DNA of 64,000 bases. Origin: Paraspadella gotoi. Lineage: Eukaryota > Animalia > Chaetognatha. Each line of letters begins with the position of its first letter. The first letter of the stretch is position 1. The notes under the pieces were generated by a model that saw only the letters and a list, made by a program, of their open reading frames with translations, was not told where the DNA came from and did no database searches. Positions 37,839 through 56,779 of the stretch are shown in pieces. A program made the translations under genes and the position numbers. The stretch is taken from contig CM119271.1 of NCBI GenBank assembly GCA_051294375.1, positions 9,166,120 to 9,230,119 of the forward strand, written 5' to 3'.

Positions 37839-38410
37839 TCAGCGGTCGACCTCTCCCAAAACGATGTCCAAGGTCCCAATGATGGCGACGATATTGGCAA
37901 ACATGAGGCCCCTTGAGACGATACGTCCGCAAAACTCTCCCTTGGGCGCTTCGACGGTGGTGCCGGGTGGGACTTGTTAGGCTTGGGTGAAGAGTTTGAA
38001 GTGATGAATCAGGCTTCCATGGAATTCTTAATTTCGTCTCTGGACGGCGGGGAGATTTTGTGGTCGTCAACTTTAATCTCGCCTGATTCATGTACCTCTC
38101 GATGATGCGCAGAGAATGCCGCATTTCCTCCATGCGGATCAAGTATCGATCGTAGGTGGCGCCTCAGAATGTCGAAGTCGACTTCATCGTAGGCGTCGAA
38201 AGTTGACGCCGAAACCTCGAAGCATGACACCGGAAAAGCCGTTGACGAGGGCGTCCTCGGTAGAGACGATTCCGATATCTTTAATCCGGTCAAGTCAAGT
38301 TGACCCAAACGCAGTTGTTGGTGAAAACATTGTCGAGGTCCTGACAAAAGGCCTGACACCAATGCCACAGATCGTCCATGACTCATGGCATGAGGCCAGA
38401 TAGCTTGAAT
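37839..38410 (-). pseudogene. NDUFS2: NDUFS2 (complex I 49 kDa subunit) C-terminal pseudogene, intronless
   Basis: [80 protein letters not shown] and IVAIIGTLDIVLGEVDR*. Internal deletions are shared by both assembled copies, and the N-terminal half is absent. Confidence 0.88.
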
Positions 38411-39848
38411 GTGTTTCCACAACTTAATAACTATAAAGTGTTTTATCATTAAGTAATTAAGTACTAATTTGTAATTGCTAAGCTCAATTAAAAAAAAAAA
38501 ATGTCAGTGAAAATCTTTTTCAGAAGTAGATATTAAAAACACGTCGCGTCTTCGTTATTTATGAAATCGTGGGATTTCAAATTGAATTGTGATTAATCAT
38601 TAAGATTAAAAACACAGGTCATTGACCTAACATTTAGTGTGAGTTTTTTTCGCGTGTGAGAGAGAGATAGAAAGAGATTGCTGGAGAGCTAGCAAGATAT
38701 CATTCTAACGTTCAATACAAGTCTTAATTTAAAAACTGAGAACGAACAGAGAATATCAACGATTTTTAATCGCAGTATTGCATGATCCGTCCATAAGAAG
38801 GTCCGTCATAAGTTATGCAACAACTCCTGAGCAACAACGCGTTTTTCTGACCTATTTCTACTCTCCAAATAAATTCATAATAATAGGTACTAAAATGCTG
38901 TCGAATATTTAAAAAGCTACGAAACGCCATTTTAATAAGCTACTCAGAAATCAACGACCGAAATAAAAATTAAATTAATTCCGGTACTGGATTTTTATCA
39001 CGCGTTAATTCTATTTATATCCTGACATCCAGTTATAACCGGCTGCGGCTAGAACGTTGCAGCTTCGACAAGGGGCGATGCATTCTCTTCTTCCCTTCCT
39101 CTCCTTCTCTGCTTCTCTCCTTCCCTTTTTTCCCCTCAATCCTCTCTCTCTCACATTCTCTCCATCTCTCCGTCTCCTCGAACGTAGTTTTCCACTCACC
39201 AACCTCCACCGCCGCGCAAGTCCTATTTCTATAGTCGGGGTCATTAATCCATTATTGTCGTCAAAGGTAACCTGGTCTGTTATTTCAATTGTTTTTTACA
39301 AAAAGTCCAAACTTTTTCTCGCGTCCAAAATACACGAAATCTTCGTCTTCTTCGTCATTGACATCACGCGACCAGCTGGTTTGCGTCATCCCTTCTCGTC
39401 CCTCTTCATATACATCCGAGAATCGGGTCAACGTCTCCGTATTACATTGATACCGTTGATTATCTCCCTAATCCTTCAGTCGCTCTTCTACAATTTTTTT
39501 TCTCGCTTCTTCCACATCCACCTCCTCTTCCTCCTCCTCTTCCTCCTCCTCGCTCTTTTTAAATAATTTGCCTTCGTTAATCGAGAAAATCATTTTCAGT
39601 TTCGTTTTTAGTTTCGATCTTTAATTCTTCTATAAAAATTTATATAGAAGAGGGAAAGACGCAATACATACTTTGTTTGTATTTTTTTTTCTTTTTTTCT
39701 CTCTTTTAGAAAGCAGGTTTATTTTTAACGGACACGCTTTTCTCTTCGCGTTATCGCCCTTCGACTCATCATACTTTATATCTTCGCTTCATCGACCGGA
39801 AATAAACCCCCCCCGTCATCTTCGTCAAAGTAGCCCATCGCCATTTCA

Positions 39849-40043
39849 ATGGAAAGAGGGCTACTTTTCGCTTCTCAAGTGGATTACCCCCACCGTGATA
39901 AACTCCCGCCGCCGAGCCAATACTCACATTGCAGTCTCTGCAATGAAAACACTCGACAACATTTGACATTTAGTCTTGAAGAAAAGACTTTCCGCTCCTC
40001 CGACATCGCCAGCGTCGTCATCAGCCTGCGCGACTTCAGCTAG
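39849..40043 (+). promoter_or_regulatory. Candidate upstream ORF(s) in a probable 5'-UTR exon of the UCP gene
   Basis: ATG at 39849 in a GC-richer segment bounded by a pyrimidine-rich AG (~39717) and a GT (~40088), 240-430 bp before the UCP ATG. Its frame differs between the two noisy copies. Confidence 0.4.
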
Positions 40044-40278
40044 CCAAAGCCCCCTTTTCCCCCCTTCAAGCTCCACCGCCTGCACCGGTAGACGTGATCC
40101 CGAAAGACACGAAGATTTTATGAATTTTTAAGAATAATCCCAATCCAGGCTTTTCCAAATCGAGACCTGAAGATCCTAGTTTAAAAGACAGAAGAAAAAG
40201 TTTCAAGTTTAAACATATTTTCGACGATATATTGCTAAGAATACAAATCTCCAAGCGTGACAAGAAAAATAAGAAAAA

Positions 40279-42655
40279 ATGGTTGGCTTCAAAGAGCTGC
40301 CGCCCAACATGCAACCGACTTTGGGAATCAAAATGGTTTCTGCAGGTATGGCTTTTTTATCTTGATTTTTTTTATTAGTATTAATAAATAATTAAAAATC
40401 ATTATTACTATACTAATAGGATTCGCGGCGATGAGCGCGGACCTGGCCACTTTTCCTCTGGACACGGCAAAGGTGCGGCTTCAAATCCAGGGATCGACCA
40501 CCGGACCCTCCACCGGCACAGCCGCTTCCGCTGTCAATGCCAAGACGATGACTTCAGGTGAGGCGTCGTTTGGAAAATTTAAAGCCAAAAGACAAATTTT
40601 CATCCAGTTTAAGCTTCGCGAGAAGCCTTAATTAAATAGACGGATATTTTAAGTAGATTTTGTTCCTTCCTACCTTGAGCTCCCGAAGTCGCACATGTTG
40701 AAGGTAAAGAGCAGGAAAAATTGTAAGGGACTTTGGACCTTTGGTGTTATATATTAAAGGATTATTGGTTATTTCGGTGATTTTATTCTTTATTTCGAAA
40801 AATACATTTTGTTTGGGATTGGTTTTCCAGGTATGGAAAATTTCAATTCCTATGCTTTTGTTGCAGTTAGTACCTTAGTCATGCTCGGGCGTATATTTTG
40901 TCATAAAGCGTGTCAATTATTAGTTAAAATGCATATACGATTTTTTTTTTGCTTTCTAAACTTAGGGCATTTGGTTACGGGCGATCACCGGACCGCCCCC
41001 AAGTTATCCAAACGCCGTGAAGCTCAAATCACAGCCAAAAATTTCAAGTACCGTGGGGTCGTCGGAACCATCACCACCATAACGAGGTTCGCCACTCTTA
41101 TATTTTGAGTTTATAATTTGCGTTATTTATATTTCGTTTAAAAATAAAATATTACCTTTAAATATAACAGGGAAGAAGGAGCCCGCGCTTTATACAGCGG
41201 TTTGGTTCCGGGTCTCCAACGACAAATGTGCTTCGCCTCCGTTCGCATTGGACTCTACGATTCCGTGAAAGGATTCTACTGCGAAGTAAATCCGTGGGCG
41301 AAGCCGGCGTCGCTTACGCCGATGGACGCGTACGCGACCATTTAGTTAACGCCCCCCCTTATCTCTCCCGCAGCTGTTGACGCCGGATTCGCCGAGCGAC
41401 AACCCGTCACCCGCGATCCGCATCCTGGCGGGAATGACGACCGGGGCGATGGCCGTCCTCACCGCGCAGCCCACCGACGTGGTCAAAGTGCGGATGCAAG
41501 CGGACTGCCCACCGCCTGGTCAGGCCAAGCGCTACTCGGGGTCCAACATGGCGTACAAGACCATCGCTAGGGACGAAGGTGAGGGACTCGGGATTTATGG
41601 GCCGATCATAGTTTTAATTATTTATTTTCTAGGCAATTATTCCCATTTGGTTCTTATTTTCCCCGCCAGGTGTCCGAGGATTGTGGAAGGGCGCGACTCC
41701 GAACATTGCCCGTAACTGCATCGTGAACGCGTGCGAATTGGTCACCTACGACTACACCAAGGGCTTCATCATCCGATCTGGATTGCTGACAGACAACCTC
41801 CCTTGTCACTTCGTCTCCGCCTTTATCACCGGATTCGTGACGACGTGCGTGGCGTCTCCAGTCGACGTCATCAAAACGAGATACATGAACGCCGGGAAAG
41901 GTGGGAGGAATGAAAGAGGGAGGTCGGAGAGTGCGTGGGCGGGAGCCGACCTTTGATTCAGACAAGACGGACAAGACAGAACCATAGATAGACGGAGAGA
42001 CAGAGGGGAGCTTTTTTGTTCTTAATGCTTTCATTGAATTGTATCATGATTTCTTTTTGTTTCAATAACATTGTTCATACATCAATTACCTTTTTCTCTT
42101 TCGTATTTACAGGGACTTATGCCGGACTCGGTGACTGTACTATCAAAATGTACAAGGAAGGCGGCCTGAAAGCTTTTTGGAAAGGTATGGGTTTTTTTTT
42201 GATAGGTTTTTGTAATATTATTTTATATAAAATGCTGTTAACTTAAAAATGTTTTGAGATTTAGTTTTGTGGGAACTCAGAAACTCAATTTCTTAAAGTT
42301 TTTTAATTTTATTTTTACTTAAGATTTAGGCGAGAAATAAGATAAATAATTATTTATTTACAACGGTGATAATTATAGATATCTTATAGATATATTATTT
42401 ACCTTATTTCTCGCCGAAACTTAAACACAACGAATTGAAAGTAACTATACAATGTCTACTTAAGATTTAAAGTTAAAAATCAAATCCGTTACTTTCCCCT
42501 TTTCAGGATTTACTCCGAACTTCTTACGACTGAGCACTTGGAACATTTGCATGTTCGTCATGTTCGAACAGTTTAAGCGGGGATTCACCCTCTTGACAAT
42601 GGACCCACCGGAGACGAACAGCAAGACGAACAACAACAAGCGGCCCATGGCTTAA
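40279..42655 (+). CDS. Mitochondrial uncoupling protein, UCP1/2/3 clade (SLC25), 8 exons: 40279-40345, 40420-40557, 40966-41086, 41171-41285, 41374-41578, 41670-41900, ~42113-42184, 42507-42655
   Basis: MVGFK start, [103 protein letters not shown] and [12 protein letters not shown]. All three carrier signature repeats are present. AATAAA at ~42877. Confidence 0.94.
42319..42424. repeat. ~106 bp hairpin/MITE-like element in the last UCP intron
   Basis: TTAAGATTTAGGCGAGAAATAAGATAAATAAT versus ATTATTTACCTTATTTCTCGCCGAAACTTAA: ~31-bp inverted arms with 3 differences. Confidence 0.7.
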
Positions 42656-44306
42656 AAAGAAAAAATATTCCACCCCTTTTCTCTCACTCAGTCGTGGGTG
42701 ACTGTGCGCGATTCGTAGCAGAGTTGCAGTTATGGTGCAATAATGCGGACGGCGAAACGACGAGGATCGAGCGGCTTTAAATTAAAGTTTAATCTTTTAT
42801 GTATCTTTTAATTTCTTCTAATTCCTGGAATTTGTCATTATCCAATATCGATTATGCACCTATTTAAAGCCCTAGCAATAAAGCTGCTCTATCCTTCTCC
42901 GTTGGTTCGATCTCCCGCGAATTCCATGTAAATTTGTTTTCAGAATCTCCTACTGCCAATTTTTTTTTTTTTTTTTTTTTTGCGGAGAAAAACTTGTTTA
43001 AAAAAAAATTTCGCTCAGACATAGGTACTTTTTAAATGAATTTCTCCGTCTCGGGTGCGCATTTTTTTTTTTTTTAGTATCATTTTGATCAATTCGAATG
43101 TTTTGATAAATAGATTAAGGTTTAATTTCTATAGTTGTCCACCTCGAATTACACTTTTCCCCAAGAGGATAGGACGAGTAACGTGCACCCTCGATCAGTT
43201 TATCATCTTTTCGTCGCCAAGTAAACCATTTTTCCCTCATCTCGGTCGCATGAACTGGCGAGATGCTTCACGCTTTCGATTTTGAACTGTATGGATGGGT
43301 TAATAATATTCAAGTGTTTAAATGATTATTTTGTATCCTGTGAGCGGTAGTTGACCCCCAAATTTATCTTCATAATCTAGTTAGCAAAACAAAAAAAAAA
43401 CAAAATTAAAGCACACGATTTCAAATTTAACTATTTTCCTCAAGAACGTCAAACCTCACCCAATTGCTTCTTAGCAAGTAGTAAAAAAAAAAGATTAGCG
43501 CACATTATTTTTTTGGTTTATATACTATATTACGAAATAAGCACCTCGTTTTCTTTTTTTTTTGTCGTATACTTCTACTTTGAAACAACATTTATCCATG
43601 ATACATCCTTCGTAGAACCCCGAGCCTTTCTCACTCGTGAAAGATAAGTTCTTAGGAACATTATGGCTTTTTATTATATGATGTGTTATACACATCTTAA
43701 TTTTTGAAAAGAAATTCAAGAGTTCTATTTACCAAATTGAATAAATGTATGTATTTTTGTGATTTTTTTTTAATGATTTCGCACACAATCGTATAGGTCA
43801 TTAGAAATTAAACTTTTCAGTGATTTTTTTTTGTAACGGTCTTGTTTAGCGAAGTCTTTATTACTGTACTTGATATGTGTCAATATACTGCGATAAAATT
43901 ATTTTTTTCTTATTCTCTGTCCTCCTTGAATTTATTAAGTTATTTCGAAATAAGAAAGTTATTTTCCTCAATTTCGTTCCCAAGTTTCACGAAAGAGCCT
44001 GCTTTATCGATCGTGAAATCATCTCGGCCGCCGAGCGGAGAATCTCGATCATATAAATAGCCGTTTCATAATCGCGATCATCTTTGTTCGATCGCGCCTG
44101 CATGAGCGACGAGCTCGGTTCAGCAGACCTCTCTCAACCATCTTGTCTAAAAAAAAACAAAAAAAAAACCGCCTTTTCATATTTTGCGAAAAAAACAATT
44201 AACTTGAAGCGTATTAAATTTTTACTAAAATTAAATTGCGAATGAAAAACCCGTTTCATAACAGGCAAAAAAACTTGTCTTATTATTCAAGTTGTCCACA
44301 TTCGTC

Positions 44307-47300
44307 ATGTGCAGCCATGACGACGTCACCCAAAAGGTTTGGTCCGGGTCAACGTCCTTGCTTAAAAATCTTCGAAGCATGGACAAGGCCTGTGCGGACT
44401 TTGTTCCGGGCGAGGGCGTAACACTTGAAGGTGAGGCCGGCGAGACTTTTCTGCTTCTGACGTTTTTGAATAATTACTGGCGTCAGGTTATAGTTCCTCG
44501 GTTCTGCGACAGGATTAGGCACCGTATTTATTTTTAATTCTGCTAGGAACAGAATTAATATTTAGTATTACATTCGCATCGAATATCGATAATGTATGGA
44601 AACGTTTTTTAAGTATTTACTACTAATAGTGATAACCTCACTGTACGTATGTGTAAAGTTATAAACATTAATTTTAATGATTCCTTTTCAATTTTGCTTA
44701 TTTAAAAGCTTTTTCTCGAGTAAATAAAAAACAACCAAAGAAAACAACAACAACAATTTACCAAAACCACCACCTCCCACTTTATTAATATCTGTTCGCT
44801 TAAGTTAAGAATTCCAATAGACCTTTCCCCCCATTTTTTCCCTCTCATCAGATCTGATAACCTGGGCATTGAGTTCCCCCTGGGTCCCGTTCGATGCTGT
44901 TCTGGATCCCTTTCCAAATTTTCCTCTTCCTCTTCCTCCTCCTCCTCCTCCTCCCGACCAGGATGATGTTATGTCATTCGATGGAATCTTCGAACGCCGG
45001 TAAAAAAAAGTGCCAGAGAGAGAGAGAGAGATAGAGAGCGAGAGCTTCGGGACAAGTTCCAAAATTTTTGAGGTTCCAAACTTTGAGATTTATGTTTTAG
45101 CTTATTTTTTTTTACACTTAGTTTATTTTAGAATAAGTTTTTAATTTCTAAATCTGATTACCTTTTTATATTGAAGTCCATTCAATAGATAAAGCCTCGT
45201 TTGTGAGTTTCTCTTAAAAAATATCACAACCTCACCCCGCCAGTCACCGGCGCCTTTATCTAATGTGACCGTCTTCAGAATTTGATTTTTTTTATTTCAT
45301 TTTTTAAAAATATTTTGTTTTTATTGCTTTTTATTCCGGTTTCGAACCGGATTTCAAAATGTTGAAAAATCATGAAACAAGGTCAGCCTAACCTTTTAGC
45401 AATTACGTGCCTTTGACAGAACTGTTACAAGTTTAAAACCTTAAAAAGATCCGCGAGTAAACTTTCGAAAAACGCCGCGGTTTTCTTTTCAATCGATATT
45501 TCAATGTCAAACATCTTACGTAAAATTCCTCCTTTTTTTTTTAAATCCAGGGACCAAGTTCGAGGTCGGTACTTGGTGGCCTCTCGAGATCTAGAGCCCG
45601 GAGAAACTTTGATCGAGGAGAAACCTTTCGCCTCCATCGTTAATCACAACCACACCGAGGTGAACACTTAGCGCAGAGCGTGAGGGTAATGACTCATGAG
45701 TCATCCGGGAGTGCTTTCGGTGCACATTGTTATTCTGGTGCACTTTATATATTTCGGATTCACTCCAACACGTTTATGCAGTTGCACTCTTAGTTTCCCC
45801 TCGTACAGTGTCCAATACACACTTTAAAGAAAGATCCGATTCTAGGTTCTCTGTCGCTTTAACTTTTCATAAACATTTCGTAAACTAAACCGGAAAAAAC
45901 AGGTCGTTTGTTGTAGTTGTAAAAAGACCCTATTTTCGCGGGAGGAAAGGATCGTTTGCGGGGATTGTCACAACGCCACCTGGTGTAGTCCCAGGTAGAG
46001 AGTTTTGGATTCGCACATTGCGAGTTGTGCCTTGCAGTCTCTAGTTTAGAGAGTCTTAAATTGCGAGTTGCAATCCTGGGTAGTCTGTTGTGCGGTAGCT
46101 TGGAATTGGAGTGTCACTAAACTTCCTCCTCTGAACTTAACAAACTAAATTTCGCGCTTCTACATAAAAGCTCAAATGTCAATCGATTTCTCTCGTTCCT
46201 TTCCGCGCAACAAATAGAATCGATTTTTTTTCTTTTACATTTTTTTCCCCCGCTTTTCTCCCCGATCGATCCCAAAAAAGTCAGGGAAAAAACTGATATG
46301 CCGGGATTTTTCCTTCTTGAAAGTTATTCGCTCTCTACCTTTAGCATCTTCCTTACAGACGCCAAACAGATGTCCACTTGTCACTCAGATACCAGTTGCT
46401 GCTCCCTTACCTAAACGCCATTATATCCCTTCTGTTCAAGATGCCAGTCGATCTCCATCCCTCTCTTCCACGCCTACGAATGCCCTTATCTCCGGACGAG
46501 CGAAAAGCGATGGCTCGTAAAGAGTCGCCACTTCCGATTGGCGTCGCGCATGATCGTCAAAGGCTGGAGAAATGTCGTCGTTGCCTTCAAAGCGGGTATT
46601 ATATAACGAAGAGGGGGGGGGTTGAGAGAAAACGGCAGCTGCCGCAGCTGTAGTCGTAGCTGCAGCCCAGAAACGAATAGAGACAGAAAAAAAACCTATT
46701 TCTACTTTCGTCGCAATAAATAGTGTTTAATAATTCGTGCGTGACTCTCTTCACTTAACTTGATTAATTCCTCATTGGTATTTTGGAAATCCCGAGGTTG
46801 ATGATCGATATAATTAGAAAATAAAACCTTTGATCAGATCTCGGGATCGATGACGACAAAGGAAATTCCAGCCAATCAGCATCCGAGTTCGATCTCGTAG
46901 CCAATCATTCCTGCATCCTGCACTTCTTTGAGAAAAGTGCCGAGGTTTGATTTTTGAGGGATGTTCGATTATTTTAAATGTAAATATGACAACTAGATCC
47001 GTGTTTCAAACTGATAGAAAATGTGTATTTAATGGTTTGTAGAAGATAGAGCGCGCGACCTATGTATTTCTAAACGTTTCTATTATTAATAGTATTAACT
47101 TTAACTTAATGATAAGAGTGTTAGTTTTAACTCTTATGTACATCGCTGACTTCGTGCGCGAGTAAGCATAATTTTTTTTTCAATTCAGCGGACTTACCCT
47201 CTGCAATGCGCCCTGTGGACAAAAACTTACCTGTACTTCCTCAAAAGCGCGGGATTTTTAGAACGAATCAAGGAACAAGTCATTCCATTCATCAATGTAT

Positions 47301-48597
47301 TAACTTTACCAAAATTAAAATTAGGCATTCTCTGAAAGTAAAGATATATATCTATCTCCCAGAATTCCGTTTCTCCGGAGACCATGGATAAGAAGTTGGA
47401 ACGCTTCGTGGCGTCGACACTCCTCCAACACGTCGTCAGGCTAAAGTGCAACTCCTTCGAGAGCTTCCACTCCGTCGTCGGACTTTCCATCTACCTCAGG
47501 ATCGCACAGATCAATCACAGCTGTCAGCCAAACTGCAATAATTTTTTCAGAGGTTATATTTCCTAAAGCCTTCGTGTTTAATTTGTTACATTAAGTAACA
47601 GCTCAGAGATCCGGGCACTTACAAATGAGTTAATTTATAAATAGAATTTGTTGCGAAAGCGTCGGACGATTTGCCGATTAAAAAATTGAGCAGATAATTG
47701 TTAAGCCATAGATACGCAATTAATAATACTAATAATACTAATGTAATATTAAAGTGATCAGATGAATAATTTTTGTATTTTTCAAGGCGACACCCACGTG
47801 ATCCGAACTTGGAAGCGAATCAAATCGGGAGAGGAGATTTGCATCGTTTACGACCGCGCGGTCGCTTGGATGCCGACCAAGCAGAGGAGAAACAAGCACA
47901 TGCGGGACAACTTCGGGTGACCGACCCAGAGAGTTGAGATATCGATCGAAATTATTTATCTCTATTGGAGCATTTCTAAGAATTCTAACTAGTTCATTTC
48001 TAAGAATTCGAGCAAATTATATCCGTTATCTTTTAGGTTCGACTGCCTCTGCCGTCGATGCGACGTTGACGACGACGACGACGACGACGACGACGTTGAG
48101 GGACTCTCCGCCGCCGAAGACGACGTCGAAGATGAGACGCGGCGGCACATCCAGGCATCCGTCAAACGATGCCTGAGCCTCTTCAAGTCGGAACGTTTCG
48201 AGGTAGGTTTCGAATATTTTGAAGATATTCTGTTCAATGAACAGTGTTCATTGTTTTTGTTCGGACAGCTATCCAAGTTATGAAAGTTGCAAGATTAAAC
48301 TAAATTTTTCAAAAACCTGTTTAAATTTAAGCTAAAAGTTATAGCCAATAATATCGCTTTCTAGAATCTAGCGTGCGACTGCTAAGACCAGCATAGACAT
48401 TTAACGGTAAAACATTTGTAAATTTTGTTGCACTAGTTTCATACTTTTGCTTGACTTTTTAGCGAGCGGAGGCGTCCATCTACGAGGCCTCGGCTGCGGC
48501 GCGAACTGCGGGGTTGTTGACTTCGGAGGCCGAGCTCTTCGAAATCCTCAACGAAGTCCAGAGCAGATTCGATCTGGAAAAGATTTGCGTCGATTGA
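44307..48597 (+). CDS. SET and MYND domain protein (SMYD family), ~11 exons including 44307-44430, 44852-44999, 45551-45659, 45903-45994, 46441-46595, ~46838-46944, ~47189-47278, 47363-47552, 47787-47916, 48037-48202, 48463-48597
   Basis: RGRYLVASRDLEPGETLIEEKPF (SET-N), MYND finger CCSC..CGDC..WCSPRC..HAYEC, SET-C motifs INHSCQPN and GEEICIVY, and post-SET FDCLCRRC. Phases are consistent. Confidence 0.88.
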
Positions 48598-49507
48598 CGA
48601 CGATATGGACAAAGTCGATAACAAGTATCGAAACTGAATAACTGTGTATCCCTCTATATGGTATATCGCTTATTCTCCTACGTAAAAGAATACATATAAG
48701 TTAACAACGCAAGTTTTTTTACGAGAATCATTGTTTTTTTAATCATTCAATCCCGGAAAAGACACCAAAAAAAGACACTCCAGTCATAATAAAACAAGGC
48801 AAATTGCAAAGTCGAGAAAAAAAAAAGAGGAACGAACTTTCCATCGAGTCTTGACGGTTTTATGATTTTTAATTATTATATTTATAAATTCTAAGTCTTA
48901 TTTTTCAAGTAATTATTGCTAAAACTGAAGTAAAAAAACTATATTGATAAATTAAATCGGACTCAATGATTTGAAATCGTTCAATTAGGCGAACGAAACG
49001 AGAAAAAACGGATTCGGTCTTATAATAAATGCGGTAAAAAGGTGACAAGCAAAAAAGAGTTACGTAGTACAAAGAATAAGAATAGATAGTACGCATATCT
49101 ACTTTTTATTTTTTTAAATCTAATTATTTACCTTTTTCGTTTTCTAGAGCTCTACAGTAAATAAATAATAATCACAGATGAACAGTTGACCGCGCCGTAG
49201 AAAATTTCCCAATTTTCCAAACGGCTCCAACGAAAATTGGACGAAAATATGACTATGATTAAAAATAGGGGGGGACAGGGAAAAAGGGTCATGCGTTGGT
49301 CCATTTTTTTTTAAATTTAGAGACACGAAAACCAACCCTCGGTAAATAAAAGAAAATCACACACGATTAAGAATTAGTAATTTTAACAATAATTTTACGA
49401 AAGACGAAATAGTCTCGTATAAGGGGAAGTGATTATCCTATTGCGTGAATCTTGATCGCCGATCGAAAACAACGAAAAGGATCCATTATTGACTAAATGA
49501 CTATTCT

Positions 49508-55720
<6,213 letters not shown>

Positions 55721-56604
55721 ATTTCTGATTGTCTTTTTCGCACAATTTCCTCGCGATCTCGCGCCCGGGTCACGGTAAAGAGACGAATCCAGGCGACGTT
55801 TTTCCACTTATTCCCGACGCGGCTTTGCATTCATCTCATAGACAGAAAGGGAGAGACAGAAGAATTGACAATAAACTGTATATATGGGCTCCTGGCAAGA
55901 TGGAGAGAGCAGGGGAACAAGGGAAGGAGGTTGACAAGACTCTGGGGGAGGAGGAGAGGAGGCGTGTTAATCCAGGGAGAGGAGGAAGAGCGAAGCGGGA
56001 AGCCCACATCAGAGATTGTGTACAACGGAGATGCAGAGGAAGAAAGAAAGGAAGAGCGGGAAGAGGGAAAGATCCTAGGGGAGGAGGAAGAGGAATTTGG
56101 CCAGGGAGAGAGAGAGATAGATGCAGTGAGTGAGAATGAGAGAGAGAGAGAGAGAGAGAGAGAGTTGTTGCGTGGACAGAAAATATTTGAAGGCAAAACA
56201 CGAAAAGTATTTGTCGAAGGAAAACGAGAGTGACAAGCTTAAAATAACGAGTTTCGTTAGTCAAATAACCGAAAAAAAATACCGACTTGTCCACCAAGGA
56301 TCGAGACGAGAGTCTCGACCAAAGAAAAACAAGAGACGATCGAGTTGAGGCTTGGTGGCGGGAAGAGAACCGCAGCGCGTTGTTATCGTGGGACCGGGAA
56401 TGTATCGGCCCTGGACCGTGAGGGAGATCCCGGTGGTGTGCCGGAGTGTGCGGGCGCATGCATACTGAGGATCGTGAATAGGGATGGAAGGGGGAGTGGC
56501 GGGGGAGTTGTCTATTTATTGCGAATAATGGGGGCAGACTGGTTTTCATCGAAAGATATTTTGAAAAAGGAAGAGACAGATTGAAAGAAAGAATCAGGAG
56601 CGAA

Positions 56605-56637
<33 letters not shown>

Positions 56638-56740
56638 TTGAAAAAGAAATAGAGAGAGTGAAAAACTCAAAAGATAGATTGAGAGAGAGAGAAAAGGATA
56701 GAGAGATATGTTTTGAGAGGGAAAGGCAAGAGAGAGAGAT

Positions 56741-56779
<39 letters not shown>

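Noticed and set aside
37839-38410. Mitochondrial nad7 insertion (NUMT) or bacterial nuoD transfer
   Set aside because: GC-rich codons like local nuclear exons and animal NDUFS2-type residues. Animal mtDNA generally lacks nad7.
33698-42655. Functional 'energy metabolism cluster' of MCT, NDUFS2 and UCP
   Set aside because: The NDUFS2 copy is broken, and nothing in the sequence links the two intact genes beyond divergent orientation.
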